DNA of 64,000 bases from Eutreptiella sp. 'Long Island Sound 2002' (Eukaryota; Protista; Euglenida): contig OZ038378.1 in assembly GCA_964036045.1 (NCBI GenBank), positions 59,892,001-59,956,000 of the forward strand, read 5' to 3'. Of the stretch, positions 26,217 through 39,129 are shown piece by piece. Both the position numbers and the translations under genes were made by a program. Below the pieces are notes generated by a model. That model saw nothing but the letters and a program-made list of their open reading frames with translations. It was not told the origin of the DNA and ran no database searches. The first letter of the stretch is position 1; the number at the start of each line of letters is the position of its first letter.

Positions 26217-29200
26217 CACCTACCCTAATGCGGTGGGGGCCCCGGCAGCTCCAAAGCAAAATAGGCCGCTACCGTGATTCGCCCGGGGCCTCGGCAATCC
26301 CACTGAAACAAAGAGGGCCCCAGCTTGATGCGGTGCCGGTACCGTGACGGCCCCTGGCCGACGGAGGCCCCCGCCTTGATACAGCCGAGGAGCGAACAAT
26401 CCAACTGCGAAAGACGCGGCCCCGTGAAGCAACCGTGGCTCCCAAAGCTACAGAGGCCCCCGCGCTGCCATGGCGGGGGCCCCGGGAATCCCACTACGAA
26501 AAAGGGCCCCGCCTTGATACGGCGCTGGGGCCCTAACGGCTCTAAAGCGAAGGAGGCCGCCGCCCTGATGCGGTGGGCGACCCGTCGACCCAACGGCGAA
26601 AGAGGCCTCGCCAGGATGCGGCCGTGGCGCCGGCAGCACGGAGGGGACAGAGGCCCCCGCCCTGATGGGGCGAGGGCCCCGGCAATCTCAATGCCAAAGA
26701 GGCCTCCAACCTGATGCGGTTTGGAACTCGGCAATCCCATTGCGAAGGAAGCACGCCCTCATGTGGCGGGGGCCCCGGCACCTCCAAAGCAACCGAGGCC
26801 TCCGCCCTCGTTCGGGGCTCAGCAGCTCCAAAGCGACAGAGGCCCCCTTCGTGATGCGGCGGAAGCCGCAATGCCTCTAAAGCAACGAAGGCCCCTACTG
26901 TGATGCGGCGAGGGCCTCGGCAATCCCACCGCGAAAAAGGGCCCCACCCTAATGCGGCGCTTGTGCCCCTGACAGCTCCAAAGCAACGGAGGCCCCCGCC
27001 TCGATGTAGCGGAGAACCGAACAATCCAGCTGCGAAAGAGGCATCCCCGCGATGCGCCCGTGGCTCCCAAAGCTACGGAGGCCACCGCTCTGATACAGCG
27101 GGGCCCTGGCAATCCCACTACGAAAAAGGGCCCCGCCCTGATGCGGCGCCGGGGCCCTGACAGCTCCAAAGCGACGTTGCCCCTGCCCTCATGGGGTTAG
27201 GGACCCGGCAACCCAACTGCTAAAGAGGCCTCGCCAGGATGCGGCCGTGGCGCCGGGGGCTTGGAAGCAACGGAGGCCCCAGCCGTGATGTGGCGAGGGC
27301 CCCAACAATCTCAATGCCAAAGAGTCCTCTAAGCTGATGCGCTGCGGAGCCTGGCAGGGGCCGCGGCAGCTCCAAAGCACGAAGGTCTCCGCCCTCATGC
27401 GGCGGGGGCCCGGCAGCTCCAAAGCGACGGAGGCCACCTTCCTAATGCGGCGGAAGCCGCAATGCCTCTAAAGCGACGAAGGCACCTACCCTAATGCGGC
27501 GGGGGCCCCGGCAGCTCCAAAGCAAAATAGGCCGCTACCGTGATTCGCCCGGGGCCTCGGCAATCCCACTGAAACAAAGAGGGCCCCAGCTTGATGCGGT
27601 GCCGGTACCGTGACGGCCCCTGGCCGACGGAGGCCCCCGCCTTGATACAGCCGAGGAGCGAACAATCCAACTGCGAAAGACGCGTCCCCGTGATGCAACC
27701 GTGGCTCCCAAAGCTACAGAGGCCCCCGCGCTGATATGGCGGGGGCCCCGGCAATCCCACTACGAAAAAGGGCCCCGCCCTGATGCGGGGCTGGGGCCCT
27801 AACGGCTCTAAAGCGAAGGAGGCCTCCGCCCTGATGCGGTGGGCGACCCGGCAACCCAACGGCGAAAGAGGCCTCGCCAAGATGCGGCCGTGGCGCCGGC
27901 AGCACGGAGGGGACAGAGGCCCTCGCCCTGATGAGGCGAGGGCCCCAGCAATCTCAATGCCAAAGAGGCCTCCAACCTGATGCGGTTTGGAACTCGGCAA
28001 TCCCATTGCGAAGGAAGCACGCCCTGATGTGGCGGGGGCCCCGGCACCTCCAAAGCAACCGAAGCCACCGCCCTCATTCGGGGCTCAGCAGCTCCAAAGC
28101 GACAGAGGCGCCCTTCGTGATGCGGCGGAAGCCGCAATGCCTCTAAAGCGACGAAGGCCCCTACTGTGATGCGGCGGGGGCCTGGCAGCTCCAAGGCGAC
28201 ATACTCCTCTGCCCTAATCCAGCGGGGGCCTCGGCAATCCCACCGCGAAAAAGGGCCCCACCCTAATGCGGCGCTGGCGCCCCTGACAGCTCCAAAGCAA
28301 CGGAGGCCCCCGCCTCGATGTAGCGGAGAACCGAACAATCCAGCTGCGAAAGAGGCATCCCCGCGATGCGCCCGTGGCTCCCAAAGCTACGGAGGCCCCC
28401 GCTCTGATACACCGGGGCCCCGGCAATCCCACTACGAAAAAGGGCCCCGCCCTGATGCGGCGCTGGGGCGCTAACAGCTCCAAAGCGACATTGCCGCTGC
28501 CCTCGTGGGGTTAGGGACCCGGCAACCCAAGTGCTAAAGAGGCCTCGCCAGGATGCGGCCGTGGCGCCGGGGGCTTGGAAGCAACGGAGGCCCCCGCCGT
28601 GATGTGGCGAGGGCCCCAACAATCTCAATGCCAAAGAGTCCTCTAACCTGATGCGGTGCAGAGCCTGGCAGGGGCCGCGTCAGCTCCAAAGCACGAAGGT
28701 CTCCGCCCTCATGCGGCGGGGGCCCGGCAGCTCCAAAGCGGACAGAGGCCACCTTCCTAATGCGGCGGAAGCCGCAATGCCTCTAAAGCGACGAAGGCAC
28801 CTACCCTAATGCGGCGGGGGCCCCGGCAGCTCCAAAGCAAAATAGGCCGCTACCCTGATTCGCCCGGGGCCTCGGCAATCCCACTGAAACAAAGAGGGCC
28901 CCAGCTTGATGCGGTGCCGGTACCGTGACGGCCCCTGGCCAACGGAGGCCCTCGCCCTGATACAGCCGAGGAGCGAACAATCCAACTGCGAGAGACGCAT
29001 CCCCGTGATGCATCCGTGGCTCCCAAAGCTTTAGAGGCCCCCGCGCTGATATGGCGGGGGCCCCGGCAATCCCACTACGAAAAAGGGCCTCGCCCTGATG
29101 CGGCGATGGGGCCCTAACGGCTCCAAAGCGACGGAGGCTGCCGCCCTTATGTAGTGACGGACCCGGCAACCCAACTTCGAAAGAGGCCTCGCCAGGATGC

Positions 29201-30749
29201 GGCCGTGGCGCCGGCGGCTCGGAAGCGACGGAGGCCCCCGCCTTGATGCGGCGAGGGCCCCGGCAATCTCATTGTGAAAGAGGCCTTTAACTTGATGCGG
29301 TGCGCAACCCGGCAATCCCAATGCGAAGGAGGCCCGCCCGGATGTGGTGGGCGCCCCGGCAACTCCAAAGCAACGGAGACCCCGGCCCTGATGTGGCGGG
29401 GTCCGGTAGCTCCAAAGCGACCGCGGCCCCCTTCGTGATGCGGCGGAAGCCGCAATCCCTCTAAAGCGAGGAAGGCCGGTACCTTGATGTTGCGGGGGGC
29501 CCGGCAGATCCAAAGCGACAAAGGCCCCTGCCCTGATGCGGCGGGGGGGACGGCAATCCCAATGCGAAAGAGTGCCCGGCCTTGATGCGGTGCCGGGGCC
29601 CTAACGGCTCCAAAGGGATGGAGGCCCCCGCCCGAAATTGGCGAGGCACCCGACAATCCAACTGCGAAAGAGGCGTCGCAGGATGTTGCCGTGGCCCCGG
29701 CGGCTTTGTAGCGGCGGAGGTCCCCGCCCTGATGGGGCGAGGGCCCCGGCAATCTCACTGCGAAAGAGGCCTCTAATCTGATGCGGTGCGCAACCCGGCA
29801 CTCCTAGTGCAAAGGAGGCCCACCCTGATGTGGCGGGGGCCTCGGCAGCTCCAAAGCAACGGACACCCCCGTTCTGACGCGGTAGGGGCCCGGCAGCTCC
29901 AAAGCGATGATGCCCCCTTCGTGATGCGACGGAAGCCGCAATGCCTCTAAAGCGATGAAGGCCCGTAACTTGATGCCCCGGTGGCTCCAAAGTGACACCG
30001 GCCCCCGACCGGATGCGGCAAGGGCCCCGGCAATCCCAGTGCAAAAGGGGGCCCAGCCCTGATGGGGTGCTGGGGCCCTAACGGCTTTCAAGCGATGGAG
30101 GCCCCCGCCCTGAATGGGCGATGCACCCAACAATCCAAGTACGAAAGAGACGTTGCATTGATGTTGCCGTGGCCCCGGAGTCGGGGTAGCGACGAAGGCC
30201 ATCACCGAAATTCTAGAGTGTTATCCGCTCAGGGGCACCATTCAAAGGATCTTCGGGTTTATACACAGCTGGGCTCACATAGCTATCCATGTGCACTTTC
30301 GTTCGCACCTAAACACCCTCTACTAAACGTCCCCATTGCTTCCTTACTCCCTAGTACTTCTTCTCACTTCAACTTTCCCAAAACTTCATTGTCTTTGGGA
30401 AACTTAAATGGATTAGGCGTGTTTCTTTTTCTTTTTCGCGAACATCAATAAAGAATTAACATCCCTCAATATTCATGGGCAAATTTCTCTATCATTCGCC
30501 ATGGTACAGAACCTAAGTTCTAGCTTCTGCACCACCATTAACCGGCGGCAACGCCCGTGGCATGGTAAGTACCAAAGCACTACCCCGCCAAGGCACAAGC
30601 CCCTGAAACGCTTGTCTCAGAAATGTCAATTTGGGAGTGACGTAACCGAAAAACAACAAGGGGGGCATGGGTAGGTATTAAGTTGCCAAACAAGAGATAA
30701 CACGTTAACGCAAGGTCGACCTTGTGCAAGGAAAAAATTCCACATCCAT

Positions 30750-31731
30750 GAGGTGTCTTACGTGTTTCAGTGTTATTTTTACATGATGTAACACGGTCCT
30801 TAGTTTGTCGGGTTGTAGGCATTGGTGGCGTGAGTTGCTGTATTGGTTGGTGGTTCCTCCTACGGGTCTTCCTCCCCTTCCTCCTCCTCGTCTTCTTTCT
30901 TTTCTCCTTCAACGCCGCTTGTGTGTGCATTCGAAGCTTGACGGTAGGCTTCTTCTTTTTAGTGGGGCGAGAGTCCCTAGGAGGTGCTATCCGTTTGGAG
31001 CCACTCGGTTCCTCCATGTGTTCCCCTGCTTTAACCGGCTTGTGCTTCATCTCCTCCTGCTTGATTTTAAGTCCGGCAAATCCTTGTTATTTGTCCAAAA
31101 CTCAAAGTGGAATGCGGCAGTTGATCGATGGATAATGGTGGTCCCAATGACCGGTGATTTGAAGACGTTACCGTGTGTCAAATGACGGTCCAAGTTTGCC
31201 TGTGCCTAAATCCACAGCACACATATGAGATATCCCAAGACAGCACAGTGTGTCATCCTCTGTGGTCACCATCTTGTAGGCCATGTGCGGCAAATTATCA
31301 AGAAAGGCGAACCCACTGTCGTGGTCGGGGGTCAGCATGTCACCCAAGTGAGTGTCACGGTACCACACAAACACTGCAAAGAGGAGACATTCCCCGAATG
31401 CGTGGTCTTGCATCTCCTTCAAATGCAGTACACCAAGTGTGAGGTAATGGCAGATCTCCAAAGGCGCGAGTGCAGCAGCAATGCGTGGGGCCCTACTCAT
31501 GCACTATAATCGGGGACATTGACGTCCACACCTTTTTGTGCCAACACTCGTTCGCCAAAACTCAGACAAAACTCTTTTGGAGGTGGTGGGGTCATTGTTT
31601 GATTTCCTTGTGGTTGCCCGATTATACATTGAAATGTTAAGGATGTGCCTCATACTGGGCAAAATCCAATCTTCGGTGTTCCGCGATGAGTCTTGTTCTT
31701 GATGAAGTGATAAATCTGATTGATAACTCAT
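30750..31731 (-). pseudogene. Single-frame decayed gene with a Lys/Arg-rich C-terminal part
   Basis: ORFs 31504-31731, 31168-31500 and 30580-31050 share one frame, separated by stops. Confidence 0.45.
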
Positions 31732-32799
31732 ATTGATTCACATGTAACGGTTTCCAAGCCACCAGGGAGTACCTCTTACAACCAATCCTAGCACCAATCA
31801 TCGAGGATGAGATGCTAAAAAAAACTTCAATTTATCACCGTCCTTGCCTTCTCCACGTTGCAGGATCCTTTTGATAGAGGGTTGGTCTACGCCGTCATAT
31901 GGATGGCGTTGACGCGGATCGTTGCACCATGATGGTACTGACCCACCTTTTGACATGCTTCAAGCTGCCCATGACACCACCTATAGCATGTGCCCCGTGT
32001 GCGCTCACAACAACAAGGAGCACTTTTGTCACATTGTGCAAGCTGAAAGGCATAGTGTGGCCCTACCCAGGGCCCTTCAGAGCCATGCTTGCAAAAAACC
32101 TTTTCCAAGTTGGCCCTGGAACACAGCTCCCGACCCCGTTAGTCTCCCACTAACCCCACGTCCGCTACGTCACCTTCAAGTGCGTAACTCCAAGTGGGGC
32201 GGGACAGCGACGGGCACAACGTAGAAAAGCAAGGCCTAGCAAAGCGCTGCACGGTAGGCCGTAGCAATGCATGGCGGAGTGCGGTAGGGCAAGTAACTGC
32301 ACAAAAACCTGAGAACCAAGGATCGAGGCAAAGGAGGACGAGACAAAGATCAAGCAGGACGAGGACGAGGAGAAGAAGAGGAACGGGGCGAAGATACGGA
32401 AGAAAGTGAAGAAACAAAAGGATGGGAAGACATTTGAGAGGTAGGAGATAGTGGAGGACGCTCTAATACCCAACGGAGGTCGAACTCCATGGCCTTTGAG
32501 CCTATTGTGGTCAAAGTCGGTTATGGTTAACTTCGACCTGCCCTAGTCGCCCAAGGCCTTGGTGGGCCTCGACCGCCCCCATGCCTTACCACCCCCCTCC
32601 TCCAGCCCCTAGGGGGTCCAATTTGGACTCTTTGCTTTAGCATGCACAAACTGCATGCAAAATTTTTGTGCACATGGCAAGGGATGTGGAGGGAAGGCAA
32701 GGAGGTTAACACAAGGCAGCCGGAGCGCCAAGGGCCAGTGCGTGGGGAAAGGGTGTTGATGAAGGAGGTGGAGGTTGTTGTAGTAGATCCGTTTTGACG

Positions 32800-34200
32800 T
32801 CCTAGAGGGGGGGAGGGGAAATTGTTTGAGTTGGGCCAACCCAATGATGCCCCCGCCCAACCCCAAGGAAGCGGGGCACCTCCATATTTGTTTCGATTGC
32901 ACGTTTTTGCATTCGTTTGGACTTGGGGTGATGAACTAGGGGCAGTGAATGCGGCATTACACACCAACATGGGGGGCGATCGATGCAAGAGGGAAATTCA
33001 ACCCCTATTCCAGCAACTGCGGGGCAATATGCAGGCACCATTCAAGGGATTGTCTTCTATCCCCGTGGCCGCCAAAACTTGGAACAGAACCATCCCCAAT
33101 CCTCGCCGGGTCGCCATGGTGGTGGCCCTGAAGAAGGCATGTGGGGCAATGCAACCAGTTCTCGGCAGGAGCGCCTACGTTTGCGTATTGGGTTCTAACT
33201 TTGCTCTAGCCACTGCCGCCATGTTGTTCCAGTTTTGCTCCAACCAACAATCGGTCTACACTAGCTAGAATGTCGCTACAAGGCGCTTCCTGGAAAGATA
33301 CTAGACCGGTGCCTACCTCTCCTTGAAATACAAATGGTCAATTTGCACGCCTGCCCCCATGAGCCCCGTGCCATCCGGGTGGTACGGAGGAATCCGAAGC
33401 CCAAGCACCAGCCCAAGCCCTAGAAGGAGAGGGAAGCAGCAGAAGGAGATGGAGAAGAACAAGGAGAGGCAAAAGTGAGAGAGCTACATGGGGGAAAAGA
33501 GCGAAGGGGGGAAGAAAACAAGGGGGAAGGAGAAGAAGAGGGCCAAGTAGGCGGCCAAGACTATCCTCGTCCGCCCCCCAACCCAATGGGAGCGAAAGGC
33601 GTAGGGATACCTATGCTGATTTGATGCGGGGAGGTTCAGTATGTGTGGTGGGCGAAGTCGGGACACCAGGGAATGATGTGCAAGTGCACTATAATGTTGG
33701 ACGGGGATGATGATTGGACCACCGTGAGTTGTACGTGCCGTCGGCGTGTTGGTGAGGAGAGAGGGTCCGGTGGGCCTTAAGCTCGGGGGCGCCCAAGGGT
33801 TGACCTGCGTCCAGTGATGGGGTGCTAACTGGTCAAGCTAATCAACATCAAGTCATCCACTGCTCTCCTCCAAGTGACCTTGCAAGTGGCTGACGGAATG
33901 GAAGCCCATCCAAGCTTTTGAGGCGGGCAGGGAGAGGGGGGGAAGGAGGAAGGGGGTTGCGGGGGATGGAGAGGGGGAACTTGACGTTGGTGACAAAGGG
34001 CCACAAAATTTCGTGGCCTTGAGCAAAGCCGTGGCAACGACGTCATCAAATTCGACGGGCCCCATAAACGTAGGAACCTGCCGGGACCGTGGCATGGTAC
34101 ACCCATTTGCACAGCCTGTAGAGTTTCCAGAGCGTCCGCCATACAATTATATGGGCGCAATGGTTGACCACACCCTCACACACAACCATGGGGAGAAGCG
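32800..34200. mobile_element. Old dispersed repeat related to 14300-16100
   Basis: Shared DNA and peptide segments as described for 14300-16100. Confidence 0.45.
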
Positions 34201-35199
34201 ATGACACCGCGTACTCCCTAACCACGTGTTTCATGTTGCTCCGCTAGTGCATGCGTACAAGGTGCCATTATTCAGGTGCTTCGCGGCAATGCGCCTTGCC
34301 GCCGTGCAAGTGGGCATGACATTGCCCTCTTAGAGTAACACATCTCTATAGATGGTGCAAAGCAGGATTGTGTGTGTGACCTGCGGCGAGTATGCTCGCC
34401 ATTTGGCAAATGCCGCATTTAGCGCATCGCCAGATACCGCTCTGTTGCCAGCGATATATCTGTCAATTGTTGCCACCAAATCTGGATTTTTTTTCTATCA
34501 ATGTATAGCCTAGCTCTCAATCTGTAGATCTATCTAACAAAAGTTCTGCAGATCCAAAACAAATTTTGAAAAATTGACGGGATTGTGACCCACGGGCCCA
34601 ACACGCTCGGAGTTCGGCAACTCACCCTAGGGCATGGGCCTCTTTCGTAGTGGGATTAGGGAGTTGCGTTGGAGATGCGGGTCCCTCACACCTTTACAGG
34701 GCTACGTCCACCTACACAGTCGTTGTCCGGATGCCGTTCTCCGTCCGAAAGGCGTGGCTTGCAGCAAGTCCAGCACGGTGGGTGTCCCGGAATGCTCTGG
34801 CTGTGTGTGTCTCGGTCCGCGCATAGACACCTCTGTCAGGAGTGCTATGCGGTGGGGGGAGGGTCAGGCTAGGGACCAAGCCCCCGTGACCTACCGGCCA
34901 AACGCCGCCCAGTCGGTAGTACTTGGTGGGCTAGGGGCCCACACCCGTGAGATTGTGTCCCCTCCCCCAAGGGAGGGTGGCAGACCGGGACGGAAGTGGA
35001 GCCGGCCCATCCAACTCCTGGGGGATACTATCAGCGCATGGGGCGGGAACTGTGGGCCAGGGGATCATGGGGAGGAGACAAAGAGGAGAACCGCCACCAT
35101 GATGCTTAGCCGAACAGGTTGAGACAGGGCCTCTCGATCGCAGCCAGGTCGGTGGGGGCCAGGGGGCACCATGGGGTTGGATGTGGCGGGTGCGCCCTA

Positions 35200-35760
35200 C
35201 CGGGGGACCGCATCTCCTCCTCCTCCTCCACGGTGGGGATGTGTATGTGTAGTCCTTTTTGGTGGATAGTCTGCACAGCGTTATGGGGAATGTGGTTCCC
35301 GAGTCTTGTTTGTTGGTATATCCGTTTGGGTGCATGGCTTGCACAACATGTTGGAAATTGTGTTCATGCGGGCTTCTTGGGTGTATGGTGGGAGATGTGT
35401 TTGTGCAATTTTGTTTGGTGTCTGAATTGCACAAAGTGCTGTAGGATGTGGGATATGAACAATGCGTTGGTGTCTTCCATTTTGCCGGATGGTGTGCACA
35501 ACACTGTGGTGTGTGTGCTTGCAGCCTTTTTTTGTGGCTGGTCTGCGCAACACTGTGGGGGATGTGTTTGTGTAGCCAGTGTCTGCAAAACATTGTGGAG
35601 GATATGTTTGTGCAGTATTGGCGGTATGCACTGCACATTTTTGTGGAGATGTGTTTGTGCCATTTTGTAGGGTGTATGAACTGCAGAGCATTGTGGGGGA
35701 TGTGTTTTGCGGTCTATTTTGGGGATGCCCTGCTAGACTATGATGACCTCCAGCAAAAAC
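35200..35760. repeat. Degenerate TG-rich minisatellite (~55-60-bp unit)
   Basis: Recurrent TGTGGGGGATGTGTTTGTG..CTGCACA motifs. Confidence 0.7.
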
Positions 35761-37907
35761 TCGGTTGGTAGCAGCTAAGAGAGGCTGAGTGGGCAGATGC
35801 TCTAGGACTCAAGCATTTGGGGAGGGTTTATTTTGGAGGGGGGTTGGGAAATTTCGCTTTGAAGTTTTGCTCCAATGGGGCTATACCCACCATATTGGTA
35901 GCAACCTTTTGGTGGTGTTACAAACCACGAAAATTACTTGGAAATATTGCTCAGAAAATTAAGGGGGTTCTACGTGCCGCAAAGTGCTTGTGATATCACA
36001 AGCAACTTTTGGTGGTCCCATGGGCTGGGGAAAGTGCTCGGAAAATTGGAGGGGGGTGCACCTGCCACAAAGTGCCCAAGATATCACAAGCAATTTTCCA
36101 TTGGTCCCCGTGTTGGGAAAAGTGCATGGAAAAGCCGCAGAGTTTGCGACTTGGTGTGGGCATTACCAGTATCTTCAGGGGATGTCTCAGGACACTTTAA
36201 AAAAAATGGATTGCAAAAAACAATCACCGAGAGGATGCATTGTCATAAGGAAACAGTTGTTTCAAGATGAGGTTTTTTGCGACATGTGATGCTGTTTGTT
36301 GTTTTGTTTTGTGGTGACTGATTGAAGGTCTTGTCAATAGTCCGTCTGATGTGGTCCATCTGATGTGTCACAAGCAGGGCACATTAGAGACTGTATTGTC
36401 AGTGCTCTGTTGCAATGCATAAGTGACCGTCTGTTAATTTGAGTGTTGTTATATGCTATTGTGTATGTGTGCTTATAGCATCACAGTGTCACCAAAATTC
36501 ACATACCTATTATGCCTTTTTTTTTTGCCGTGGTACCCCATCACTCGTCAAAACTTCTTGTTTTGCTGTCCATCATTCCTTTGCATCAGCTTGTGCCTTT
36601 TTAAGCAACAAACGACGCTTCGGTTGAATCTTTTGGAACACAATCCAGCTGTGCCCGATGAGGTTTCCATCAATTTTTTTACATGCTGAACTCGTGGAGC
36701 CTGCAAACTTCCCAACACAACTTTCTCCCCATGAAACACGAACTGTTGCGAAGCCACAGGTTAAACCAAGGCCCAACCCGCATGATAAAAACTGCAACAA
36801 AGACAGCATGTCCAAATCAACATATAACAGTGGCCTTTTTCTAAAAGATGGCTAAAATTTCGGTCAATTTTGACAGAATGTGGAATGGAGCAGTCTTTTT
36901 TTATGTTTGGATTGGATTGTCACTAAATTTTCAGTCAAACCCCAATTTTGCCCCTTTGTGTAAGCACTTGCGACTGTGAAGCCAACTAAATTTTCAGTCA
37001 AACCTTGATTTGTGTGCGATGACGTCTACATGTACACATTTGGCGGTCTTTTTTTGGCATCTGTGCTAAAGGTAACCGAATTTTCAGCCAGCCAGACCTG
37101 TGTTGCTTTTTTGGTATGCCTAATTTTGTTATTTGCTACGAAGTTGACTAAAATTGATACTATGTTACGAAGGTGTGCCAACCCCCCCCCCCCCCTCCCC
37201 AACCACCACCACCAACAAAAACCGTCATGAAGAATGGTCAACTACACCCGTGATATGATTAGAAACGCCTGCAAACCACGCTAAAGTTCCTCCCGTGGTA
37301 CATCTGTCATTGAGCAGTAACCCATCTCAGCTAGAACGTCCGGAGTAGGTGCCTTTGGATGATGTAACACCCCTGTTTTGGGGTGCCACCAATGTGCGCA
37401 ACCCAAACACTTAAATCAACCCCCCTATTTGACCTCCCCGGTTGGTCAACACCATTGGCTTTCTTTCAGTCAACCCGTCTCTTGGGGGGTCGAAAGTTTG
37501 CATCGCCTAAGAAGTACCCAGCAATGAGGTCCATGTGACTCGACTGTTCGGGCGCATAATGCCTAAATGAGAGGTCCCAGGATCAAGCTTTTTAGGTGAG
37601 GCGTTTGGAGGAACACAATTTCCAGGCCCTGGATCTATGATCCCGGGAACAAGATGGTACATTGTGAAGGATAAAGGGTAACAATCTGCTGGTGCCCAAA
37701 AATTGCACCAACAACCTTAGCTCACCTGACCCCACCCTCTAACCCCCCCCCCCCCCACCTTCTGCTACACACTAGCAAATGGGACCTCCAAGGGCTCGTG
37801 CCCTTATGAACACAAGGACACGTAGCACGTAGCCGCTAGTCCCTCCATTGTGTTTCTTCATGCGATGGTGCATAGGGACGCCGGGGTGGGTCACACCCAG
37901 CCCTCCC

Positions 37908-38909
37908 CAGGGGTGGATATAATAGTGACGACATTACCAGGGTGGGGGTGGGGTGGGGGGCGTTGAGCCGGGTGGCAGTGATGACAGAATGACGATTACG
38001 ATGTGCTCCTTTTTCGCTTTACAGGTATGTGTGTTCGCAGAGTTGGATGAATCTGCAGCTGCACTACCACCTGGGTTTTGCACCCCTTTCCTTGCTGTGT
38101 CATCACAGATTGTACCCCACAGTCCCTTGTGCTTTTTCTCCCTTTCCCAGGACATCAAATGCAATTTTGTACCTCCTTGCTGCTTGCAGAAATACCATGG
38201 TTTTCCTCCCTTGTTGCGTTCCTGCTACCAACACAAATGTGGTTGTGAAAACTGTAAACAGTGACAGGGTGCTTTTTTTCCGTTTTTGCTTCCGGTGCTG
38301 CAGGCTGCAGCAAAGTCTGGGGATCGTAGGCGCTTCCAAACACGCAAGCGCAAGACACGGAGTGACAAGGGGAAAAAGTGCAAGGTTCTTGTTGTACAAA
38401 CCTGTGATGACAGTGGGGATGACAATGCCCTGCAGGAAATTTGCATGGCTGCCAATGCGCCTGCTGCAGACTCATCCAGTAGCTCGTCTGGAGCCTCGTC
38501 CAGTGGTGACGTCGTCTCCAGCTCAAGTTCCAGCTCAGACAGCTCCAGCTCAGGCAGTGCAGACACAGATGATTCGGAATTGCAAGCCTTTTTTTTTTGG
38601 CAAAATGTGTCAACAAATAATTGCACTCTGTGGACTGTCTTCATAGGATACATAAAGCACTGTGCATTGTAGTGTCTTGTGTCAGGGATGGCAGATTGGC
38701 TCAGTAGTACAGTGGTATATGCTCGGTCTTGCAATTTACAGGTCCTGGGTTCAAACCCAGGATGGCACATGACCCCGGCGCTTTTTTTGGCAATCAGTCC
38801 TGTTGTCAAACTGCTGGCAAAACTGCCGTTCAGTCACACGGGTAAATCGTAATCGTAATCGTCATCTGGGGGGGGTGGGGGGGGACCCCCCCCACTATAT
38901 CCACCCCTG
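37908..38909. mobile_element. hAT-like non-autonomous element (1002 bp), 14-bp TIR CAGGGGTGGATATA, 8-bp TSD GCCCTCCC
   Basis: TIRs at 37908-37921 and 38896-38909. TSD at 37900-37907 and 38910-38917. The interior holds a Ser/Asp-rich ORF fragment and a tRNA-like segment. Confidence 0.88.
38698..38770 (+). other. tRNA-derived remnant (Pol III A and B boxes), not a functional tRNA
   Basis: A-box-like TAGTACAGTGG (38705), TTGCAAT loop (Cys-like GCA) and T-arm CCTGGGTTCAAACCCAGG. The acceptor stem does not pair. Confidence 0.45.
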
Positions 38910-39129
38910 GCCCTCCCCCTTAACTACTAGTCATTCTTTTTGCATAAGCGATTTGGATCTTCACACGATTTGGACTTGAATAAGCTCTACTTGTCTGTCC
39001 CCCCTTGTACACCCAAAAGACAAGCCAGCACAGGCCAGCACAGGTTGGCTGGAAAATCGCAATTCCTGGGTGACCTCCCAGAACCCCTGGGGACCCTTGG
39101 GCTGTTGTTGGGTGATCATTTGGTGACAG

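Larger units (their letters stand above)
21480..30200. repeat. GC-rich satellite with ~48-bp monomer and ~1.3-kb higher-order repeat; orientation flips near 22290
   Basis: The monomer is close to GATGCGGCGGGGGCCCCGGCAGCTCCAAAGCGACGGAGGCCCCCGCCCT. The landmark CTCTAAAGCGACGAAGGCACCTACC recurs at ~25621, ~27467 and ~28781. 21480-22290 is in reverse-complement orientation. Confidence 0.92.

Noticed and set aside
21480-30200. Dozens of overlapping 60-320-aa ORFs on both strands
   Set aside because: They are translations of a GC-rich satellite with few stop codons and repeat with the array period.
38698-38770. Functional tRNA-Cys gene
   Set aside because: The acceptor and anticodon stems do not pair and the T-loop is one base short.
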